Source of the DNA: an uncultured Spirochaetota bacterium
GTDB taxonomy: Bacteria; Spirochaetota; Spirochaetia; SZUA-6; Fen-1364
Direction of reading: 5' to 3'
Length of the DNA stretch: 64,000 bases
NCBI GenBank assembly: GCA_963781885.1
Contig: CAWAHW010000004.1
Coordinates: 1 to 64,000 of the forward strand
A program made the translations under genes and the position numbers. A model generated the notes under the pieces. That model worked only from the letters and a program-made list of their open reading frames with translations. It ran no database searches and was not told the origin of the DNA. How positions within the stretch are numbered: the first letter of the stretch is position 1; every line of letters starts with the position of its first letter. Below, piece after piece: positions 19,176-26,584 of this stretch.

Positions 19176-21503
19176 ATGGAAAAGAAAAAGGGGTCCGAGG
19201 CGCCCATGCAAATGCAGTCTGACCTCGATGCCTGGAGGTCACGGGCGCTGTATGTCGTCCTTTTCATCCTGGCAAGCGCCGGCCTGGTGGCCTATGGCAC
19301 GACGATACTCGATGCCATCGTGCACCGGGAAATGACTCCGCTGCTCTGGGCGTATGCGGGCATCTATCTCGCGTTCCTCGCCCTCGCGCTCCTTCCCCGT
19401 CTCACGGTGCCCCTCCGTTCGTCCATGGTTTTCGTCCTTGCCTACGTGAACGCCGCGGCGAGCCTTGCGCGGGTCGGCCTGGCGGGAAGCGGGCGGCTCT
19501 ACCTTGTCGTCGTTCCTGCCGCTGCCGTCATCCTCATCGGTTCCCGGGCGGGCTGGGTATGCCTGGGCATCAGCCTGTCCCTTTACACGGGATTCGGCGT
19601 GCTTGCCGACCGCGGCATATTGGCGGGATGGATCACGCAGACGGAGAACCCGCTCACCGGCAGCTACTGGCTCGAGGCGGGCATCGCCCTTGCCATCTTC
19701 CTCGTCACGCTCACGCTCCTCATGGACAGGTTCTACGAGAATCACCTCCGTACTCTCGGCGCAAGCCGGCGGACCGCGGAGGAGCTGGAGAAGGCCTACG
19801 CCGCCCTGGAGCTCCGGGTGGGAGAGCGCACGCGCGAGCTCGGGCTCCTGAACTCCGTGGCGGCCGTGACCAGCGGCAGGGTGGAGCTTGCCGACATATT
19901 CGACATCTCCTTGCGTATGACCATGAAGGCATTCGAGGTGGAGGCAGGCGGCGCATACGAGCTGCAGGACGACATCCTCGTCATGCGCGCGCACGTCGGG
20001 CTTTCGGACACGTTCATCCGGCAGACGAAGCGGCTTCCGCTGGGCGTGGCGCTCGCGGGGAAACAGCTCAACCTCGATCGGCCGCTCTCGTGGAATCTTT
20101 CCGAGTATCCCCCCGGACCCATGCGCAGCGCGATCGAGGCGGAGGGCCTCGAGCTCATCATCGGCGTCCCCCTCGCCTCAAAGGGCGAGCTCCTGGGCGC
20201 CCTGGTCATGGACTCCCGCCGGCAGCGCACCCTTTCCACGGAAGAGCTTTCCCTGCTCGTCGCGATCGGGCAGCAGGTGGGTCTTGCCATCGAGAACGCG
20301 CGGCTCCTGGAGGGGGAGACGCTCGGACGCGCGGAAGCGGACCGCAGGCGGGAAGTGGCCGAGGGCCTGCGGGAAACGCTTGCCGTGCTCAACTCGCACC
20401 GGCCCCTTTCCGAGATCCTGGACTCCATCGTCCGGCAGGCCTGCGCGATCATGGGCAGCGGTGGGGCGTCCCTGCTGCAGAAAGACCCCGCCTGCGCCGA
20501 ATTTCGCGTGAGCGCCTCCTGCGGCCTGCCGAATGACCTGGCCGAGGCGGTCCACTATACCGAGGGCCGCGGCGGCGCCGGCGGGGCGATCGAGGCGCGC
20601 GAGCCCGTCGCCTGTTCGGACCTCGAGGATGCCACCGCGCAGGAGCACGGCCCGACGCCGTCGGATTCCTCCGACGATCTTTCCTACCGCACGCTCCTTC
20701 TCACGCACGGGATCCGGTCCACGCTGTCGGTTCCGCTCATCGTGCGCGGCGGGACGTTCGGCGCGATCACGCTGTACTACCGCGGGCCCCGGCGATTTGC
20801 CGCAGAGGAGATCAGGCTCGCAACGGCACTGGCGGACCAGGCCGCCCTCGCCTTGGACAATGCCCGGTTGCGGGAAGAGGCCGAGAAGGCAGCCGCCCTT
20901 GCCGAACGCAACCGGCTCGCGCGGGAGCTTCACGATTCGGTCACGCAGTCGCTCTACAGCGTCACGCTCTACGCGGAGGCGGCCGCGCGGCTGCTCGGAG
21001 CCGGGAAGACCGTCCCTGCCGCCGAGCACCTCCAACAGCTCGGCACCACCGCGCGGGAGGCCTTGCGGGAGATGCGGCTCCTCATCTTCGAGCTGAATCC
21101 GCCGGCCCTGGAAAAGGGCAGTCTCGTCGATGCCCTGCAGATCCGGCTCGACGCCGTCGAGGCGCGGGGCGGCATGGCGGTCGGATTCCACGTGGAAGGC
21201 GCCGAGCAGCTTGCCGCCCCGGTGCGCACGGAGCTCTACCAGATCGCGCAGGAAGCGCTGAACAATGCGATCAAGCACGCGCATGCCCAATCGGTGAAGA
21301 TCGCCCTGCACTTCCAGGGCACCGGCTGCCGGCTTTCCATCAGCGACGATGGCCAGGGCTTCGATGCCGAGCAGGCGCGACACGGCGGAGGGCTGGGATT
21401 GCGGGGCATGCGTGAAAGGGTGCAAAAGCTTGCAGGCGTTCTGACGATCGAAAGCAGTCCCGGTGGAGGCACCCGCGTGAGCGTGAACATTGCGGGCGCT
21501 TGA
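19176..21503 (+). CDS. Membrane-anchored double-GAF histidine kinase (HisKA_3, NarX/DesK type)
   Basis: Several N-terminal TMs, two GAF domains, ERNRLARELHDSVTQ, QEALNNAIKH, DDGQGF, GLGLRGMRER. Confidence 0.92.
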   Translation: MEKKKGSEAPMQMQSDLDAWRSRALYVVLFILASAGLVAYGTTILDAIVHREMTPLLWAYAGIYLAFLALALLPRLTVPLRSSMVFVLAYVNAAASLARVGLAGSGRLYLVVVPAAAVILIGSRAGWVCLGISLSLYTGFGVLADRGILAGWITQTENPLTGSYWLEAGIALAIFLVTLTLLMDRFYENHLRTLGASRRTAEELEKAYAALELRVGERTRELGLLNSVAAVTSGRVELADIFDISLRMTMKAFEVEAGGAYELQDDILVMRAHVGLSDTFIRQTKRLPLGVALAGKQLNLDRPLSWNLSEYPPGPMRSAIEAEGLELIIGVPLASKGELLGALVMDSRRQRTLSTEELSLLVAIGQQVGLAIENARLLEGETLGRAEADRRREVAEGLRETLAVLNSHRPLSEILDSIVRQACAIMGSGGASLLQKDPACAEFRVSASCGLPNDLAEAVHYTEGRGGAGGAIEAREPVACSDLEDATAQEHGPTPSDSSDDLSYRTLLLTHGIRSTLSVPLIVRGGTFGAITLYYRGPRRFAAEEIRLATALADQAALALDNARLREEAEKAAALAERNRLARELHDSVTQSLYSVTLYAEAAARLLGAGKTVPAAEHLQQLGTTAREALREMRLLIFELNPPALEKGSLVDALQIRLDAVEARGGMAVGFHVEGAEQLAAPVRTELYQIAQEALNNAIKHAHAQSVKIALHFQGTGCRLSISDDGQGFDAEQARHGGGLGLRGMRERVQKLAGVLTIESSPGGGTRVSVNIAGA

Positions 21504-21507
21504 AGTC

Positions 21508-21526
21508 GGCCGGCTCTCAGCCGGCC
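21508..21526. terminator. Hairpin between convergent kinase and ECF sigma genes (possible bidirectional terminator)
   Basis: GGCCGGCT-CTC-AGCCGGCC; no U-tract. Confidence 0.35.
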
Positions 21527-22020
21527 ATGCGGGCAAGGCTCTGATAGCGCAGGCCCTCGAGACGCTTGCGGACGCCCGAGACTGAAAGCCCGACGCACGC
21601 GGCGGTTTCGGAAAGCGTCGCGCCCTCCTGGTAGTGAATGAGCGCGGCCCTGCGGGTGCTCTCCTTCACGCCGATGAGGACGTCCTCCACCATGACGGAG
21701 GCAAGGACGCCCTTCTCCACATCGTCACGGCCGGGCGTCATCTCGACGATCAGCTCTCCGTCGGTCTCGGGCCGACGGCGCGCGCTCCTCATCATGTTGA
21801 GGCAGACATTCGTCGCGATGCGGTAGAGCAGGCTGGACGGGTGCTCGTCCCGCAGCGCCTCCCGATGCCGCAGCACCCTCACGAATGTCTCCTGCAGGGC
21901 GTCCGCCGCGGCATCCGCGTTGGACAGGATGTCGCGACAGCGGCGCAGCACCATGGGGGCGTAGCGGCGATACCATGCATCCACGTCGATGCCACGTCTT
22001 TCTCCGTCTTTCATATTCAT
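21517..22020 (-). CDS. ECF-family RNA polymerase sigma factor
   Basis: Region 2 (AADALQETFVRV, LYRIATNVCLN) and region 4 HTH (TLSETAACVGLSVSGVRKRL). Confidence 0.88.
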   Translation of the reverse strand: MNMKDGERRGIDVDAWYRRYAPMVLRRCRDILSNADAAADALQETFVRVLRHREALRDEHPSSLLYRIATNVCLNMMRSARRRPETDGELIVEMTPGRDDVEKGVLASVMVEDVLIGVKESTRRAALIHYQEGATLSETAACVGLSVSGVRKRLEGLRYQSLARMAG

Positions 22021-22207
22021 GCTCCGTGCCCTGAATGTAGCAACGGATGCGCCTCCTTCTCATCGCACAAAGGGGGGAAATTGGACCCCGCATCCGCGTC
22101 CCACATTTTAGTGAGGCGGATCGCCTCCTTTTTCCGATGCGCGCGAGGGTCGTTCCGGGCACAGGATGGTGTTGAGAAATGCACTCACATGCCGAGGAGG
22201 AACGACC

Positions 22208-22946
22208 GTGCATCGAGAATCGAAGGGAAGAAAGTGGCTGGTCAGTGCTCGCGGCGAGCGACCTCCTGGTTGCCCATTTCCGCATCGACACCCGGGGCTC
22301 CGAGCTTTTCCTCCCTTTCATCGTCATGGGAATCGGCATGGGCCTCTCCATGACGCCGCTCACCAACCTCACGCTCTACGGCGTTGCCCCTGAAAAGTCG
22401 GGCGGCGCGTCCGGCGTGCTTTCCACCATGCGCCAGATAGGCGCGGTGATGGGCGTGGCGATCTTCAGCGTGGCCCTCCAGGCGAACATGGTCGGGGCGA
22501 TGAAGATCCATGCCGCCGAGGTCCCCCACCTGCCACCCGCGGCCCAGGCCGTGCTCGTGAGCTACGTTTCCAGCGGCGGCCTGTACGGCATGTCGGATGA
22601 CGGCCCCAATGGCCTTGCCGCCCAGCTTGCAAAGTCGATGCGGCCGCCCGCCGCAACGGGGACGGCCATGCGACAGCCCAGCGCCGCGGAGCTCGCCGCG
22701 GCGGGGCAGCAGATGAAGGAAATGGGGGCAGGCGTCGAGCTCTCCATGAAGCGCAGCTTCACGGACGGCATCAACGACACCTTCCGGCTTGCGGCGCTGA
22801 TCGGCGTCGGCGCGGTGATCGTCGCTTTCTTCATGGCGGGCAGCCGCCGGAAGAAGCTCGCCGTCGAGGCGCGATCCGCCACGGCGTCGCAGCAGTCGGG
22901 GCAGCTTGCCGCCGATTCCGACGAAGGAATGGCGGCCGGGGAATGA
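22208..22946 (+). pseudogene. DHA2 (EmrB/QacA-like) MFS efflux gene with a large internal deletion
   Basis: GAGGAGG SD and GTG 22208 give MHRESKGRKWLV, a typical pre-TM1 start. Near 22243 this joins out of frame to the last TMs (GIGMGLSMTPLT...GGASGVLSTMRQIGAVMGVA...SFTDGINDTF). Confidence 0.7.
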
Positions 22947-22972
22947 CCGCGGACACCTCCTGAGCCTCCCCC

Positions 22973-23001
22973 TTGCGGGGGCCGCGTGGCGGGTTTATAA
23001 T
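22973..23001 (+). promoter_or_regulatory. Sigma70 promoter of the 23.0-30.9 kb operon
   Basis: TTGCGG-N17-TATAAT; SD AAGGAAGG precedes ATG 23046. Confidence 0.75.
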
Positions 23002-23045
23002 GTTCCTATTCAGAAGCCTTGCATCTAAAAAAGGAAGGTGCGGTC

Positions 23046-25106
23046 ATGCCGCAAAAGGCCTTTCTTGCCGCCCTGCTCTTCGCGGGGCTGTGCACCCACG
23101 CCATTGCCCAGGACGGGAGCGGCTTCGCCCTCTCGCTCGATCCCGCGGTCACCTTCCCCTTCCCTTCGACGCCCAGCGCCTCCAGCTACGCGACAGGCTT
23201 TCAAGCCTCGTTCGGCGGAGACTACGTCTTCCCGGAGCTGCCCTTCCTCTCCGTGGGCGGCTCGTTCGACTTCGGCTACGCCCCGGGGCCCTCGGGACAG
23301 CAGTGGGCGCTCACCACCCTCGGACTGAGCGCGGGACCCGGGCTGCGTCTTCGTCTCCTGCCCACCCTTTCCGCAAACCTTTTCGGACGCGCCGGCTACC
23401 TGCTGGGAAGCCTCGGCCAGGTTTCGGCGCCGAACCCCTACCTGCGCGCGGGGATGGATCTGTCGCTCTACCTCTGGCCGACCTTCCGCCTGAGTGCCGG
23501 CGCTGAATACGTCCATCAGTTCGCGGCGACCCAGGCGCAATACCAGGGCATCGCGGCGCGCCTTTCCGCCGGGTTCAACTTCAGTCAGCTGAATCAGCGC
23601 GCCCGGGTGGAGATCCGCGACATCATCATCAACCCCGTCTTCCCGGTCTTTTACAAGTACTACGACGACAACAGGATCGGGACGGCGCGGATCTGGAATG
23701 GCGAAGACGGCCCGATCCGCAACGTGAGAGTCTCTTTCGTGGTCCCGCAGTACATGGACGCTCCCAAGGAATGCGCGGTCATCCCCGAGATGAAACGGGG
23801 CGAGGAGCGCGAAGTGCCGCTTTTCGCGCTTTTCACGCGCTCCATTCTTTCCGTCCTCGAGCCGACAAAAGCGCAGGCGAAGATCACGGTCTCCTACACC
23901 TATTCCGATCGGGAACGTGACGCCGCTTCGGAGTCGGTTGCAACCATCAATGACCGCAACGGAATGACGTGGGACGATGACCGGCACGTGGCGAGTTTTG
24001 CAACGGTGAACGATCCCGCGGTCATGACGCTCGCAAAAGCGGCGGCGGGCATCGCGCGGGGCGCGGGTTTCTCCGCTTTCGACACGGCGTTCCGCCAGGC
24101 CGCGGGCATTCTCGAGGAGCTGGGTCTCTACGGCCTGCGCTACGTCCCGGATCCGAACATGCCCTATTCGACGACCTCCAAGGATGCGCTTACCGTGGAC
24201 TACCTCCAGTTCCCGGTTCAGACCCTCCAGTACAGATCGGGAGACTGCGACGACATGTCCATTCTCTACGCGGCGATGCTGGAGGCGGGCGGCGTGGAAA
24301 GTGCCTTCATCACCGTTCCCGGCCATATCTACGCCGCCTTTGCGATGAGCATGCCGCCGGACAGGGCCGTCGCTTTCTTCTCCAATCCGGATGACCTCAT
24401 CGTGAAAGACGGCAAGGCGTGGGTCCCGGTCGAGGTTACGCTCGTCCAGGACGGCTTCCTCCGCGCGTGGCAGATTGGCGCGCGCGAATGGCGGGACGCA
24501 TCCGCCGCGGGCCAGGCGCGATTCTACCCGACCCATGATGCATGGAAGCTCTATGCGCCAGTGGCAATGCTCGGGACGGAGCAGTCGGTCGCGCTACCGG
24601 CCGTGGACCTGCTCACCGCGCGCTACGCTGCTGCCATGAACGCCCTTGTGGACAGGGAGGTGGGCCCGCGGGTGGACACGCTCACCGCGGACGCCGCCAG
24701 CGCCCCCCGGGACCCCCAGCCTCTCAACAAGATCGGCGTCCTGTACGCCCGTTACGGTGTCTATGACAAGGCAGAGCAATACTTTCGCTCGTCGCTTGGC
24801 CGCAAAGAGACGGCAGGCGGCGATTCCAACCTCGGGAACGTGTTGATGCTCAGGAACGATTTTCCCGCGGCGCTGAAGGCGTACCAGGCCGCGCAGAGGC
24901 TTGCGCCGGGCGACGCGAATGCCCTGAGCGGTCTCGTTCGCGCCACCTACGAGCTGAACGACCGCGCTGCCTCTGCCCAGTGGCTCGCGCGGCTCGAGCA
25001 GGTCGATCGCACCGCGGCCGGCAAGCTCGCCTACATCCGCGAAGGCGATTCCACGACGGCGCGGGCAGGTGAGGCAGGCCAGGAGGACTGGTCATGGTCG
25101 GAATGA
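23046..25106 (+). CDS. Secreted protein: beta-barrel-like N-terminal region, transglutaminase-like Cys-His-Glu domain, C-terminal TPRs
   Basis: Signal peptide; alternating aromatic beta-strands; SGDCDDMS...VPGHIY...WVPVEVT; TPR repeats (LNKIGVLYARYG, NLGNVLML). Confidence 0.8.
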   Translation: MPQKAFLAALLFAGLCTHAIAQDGSGFALSLDPAVTFPFPSTPSASSYATGFQASFGGDYVFPELPFLSVGGSFDFGYAPGPSGQQWALTTLGLSAGPGLRLRLLPTLSANLFGRAGYLLGSLGQVSAPNPYLRAGMDLSLYLWPTFRLSAGAEYVHQFAATQAQYQGIAARLSAGFNFSQLNQRARVEIRDIIINPVFPVFYKYYDDNRIGTARIWNGEDGPIRNVRVSFVVPQYMDAPKECAVIPEMKRGEEREVPLFALFTRSILSVLEPTKAQAKITVSYTYSDRERDAASESVATINDRNGMTWDDDRHVASFATVNDPAVMTLAKAAAGIARGAGFSAFDTAFRQAAGILEELGLYGLRYVPDPNMPYSTTSKDALTVDYLQFPVQTLQYRSGDCDDMSILYAAMLEAGGVESAFITVPGHIYAAFAMSMPPDRAVAFFSNPDDLIVKDGKAWVPVEVTLVQDGFLRAWQIGAREWRDASAAGQARFYPTHDAWKLYAPVAMLGTEQSVALPAVDLLTARYAAAMNALVDREVGPRVDTLTADAASAPRDPQPLNKIGVLYARYGVYDKAEQYFRSSLGRKETAGGDSNLGNVLMLRNDFPAALKAYQAAQRLAPGDANALSGLVRATYELNDRAASAQWLARLEQVDRTAAGKLAYIREGDSTTARAGEAGQEDWSWSE

Positions 25107-26530
25107 TGCCGCGGATGGAACGGCGCAAGGTGCGCTTCGCGAGGGGCATCGGCGTGGTGTTTGCGTTCGTCGCATGCGCCTTCCTTTCGTCATGCACGGA
25201 CGCACTGCTGACCGAAATGGCAAGAATTTCGCGGGAGGCACATCGTCCGGCAATCGCACCCGTGGATGGCTCGACCATCGCCGCCCACGAGACTCTTACT
25301 CTTAGCTTTCCGGCGTCCATGGACCCCGGCTCCGTCACCGTGTCAGGGGATATCGGTACCGTCGGCCCGGGTCTCACCTCCTGGAGCACGGCTGCGCTTT
25401 CAAATGACACGCTCACTTTGAATGCCAACGCGTCGGTGGCCTGGACGGCAGGCTCAGGAAAAGCTCTGACCATTGCCGTCACAGCCAACGGTCAAAGCTC
25501 CACCTATTCCTTCTCTTTTAACGTGGTGAGAGGCGTCTACGTCAATAAGTCAGGAACCGATTCGAACAGCGGAAGCACGCGGGCGCCCCTTCAGACGGTG
25601 GCGGCCGGAATCACGAAGGCGGAGCAGCTCTACCCGGGGTCTGGGACGGTCTACATTGCCGAAGGGCTCTACAGCGGCATGTCTCCTACGGATGGAAGCG
25701 CGGGCGCATTCAACATGGTGGACGGCATTTCCCTGTACGGCGGCTATTCCGCCACCGCCTGGAGCGACAGGAATATTGCGACCTATGCGACAATCCTTGA
25801 AGACACCGCGACTGCAGGCGGGACAAGCCAATCCTACCCGAACAGGACCATCGACTGTGGCTCCGGCATCACGAGCGCGACTGTCCTCGATGGCCTTACA
25901 ATCGTGACCGGCGCCGCCGTAAGCGGCTTCAACGTCGGCGTCTATTCGGCCGGCGCGCCGACAGTCCAGAATTGCACGATTGAAGGCCACACGACCTCTC
26001 CCGGCACCGATGTCTACGCGGTCTATAGCAAAAAGGGCGGGACTTTCCACGCCAACACCATCGACCCGAAAGCTGCGCTCGATACATCCTGCGGGGTGTA
26101 CCTCGAAGGATCGACGGCGACCATTCGATGGCAATACAATTCTCGGCGGCCAGGGAGCCACAAGCGAATATGGCATTGTCTGCCAGGACGGGCCGACGTC
26201 GCCCGCGCTTACGGGAAATACTATAGACATCTCCAACATCAAGCCAAGTTCCACATTAAGGTTCTGCATCTGAGATTTATGCCAGCTTAAATCCGACGAT
26301 CACCGGGAATACGCTTGTCTTCACAAATGGTAACATGGGCATCAAGACGACGGTTGCGTCGAGCGGAACCGGCGAAATTGCGGAACAACTATTTTGCGAC
26401 GTTTGCATGGAAGCTCTCTATCACGAGACCGACGGAAGAGATAACAACCGCAAACTGCCGGCAGCCAAAAATATCCACTCTGGAAGGCAGCAAGCTTTTG
26501 TTCGACCCCACCTGGGGCAATACGCACTGA
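25094..26530 (+). CDS. Lipoprotein with Ig-like (Big_5-like) domain and DUF1565/right-handed beta-helix region; at least three +1 frameshifts
   Basis: AGGAGG SD, lipobox LSSC, LSFPASMD, GTDSNSGSTRAPLQTV, GISLYGGY. Beta-helix 'GNTI' repeats continue across shifts at ~26124, ~26270 and ~26380 to ...WGNTH* at 26530. Confidence 0.72.
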
Positions 26531-26584
26531 AAGGAGAGCTCGGGCACGTCTCTCGCGCTTCTGGATTGAAAAAAGGAGGAAACA

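Noticed and set aside
26271-26273. TGA as selenocysteine in the lipoprotein gene; Sec in gpx
   Set aside because: The TGA lies at a frameshift where the coding signal continues in another frame; gpx has TGC at the catalytic position.
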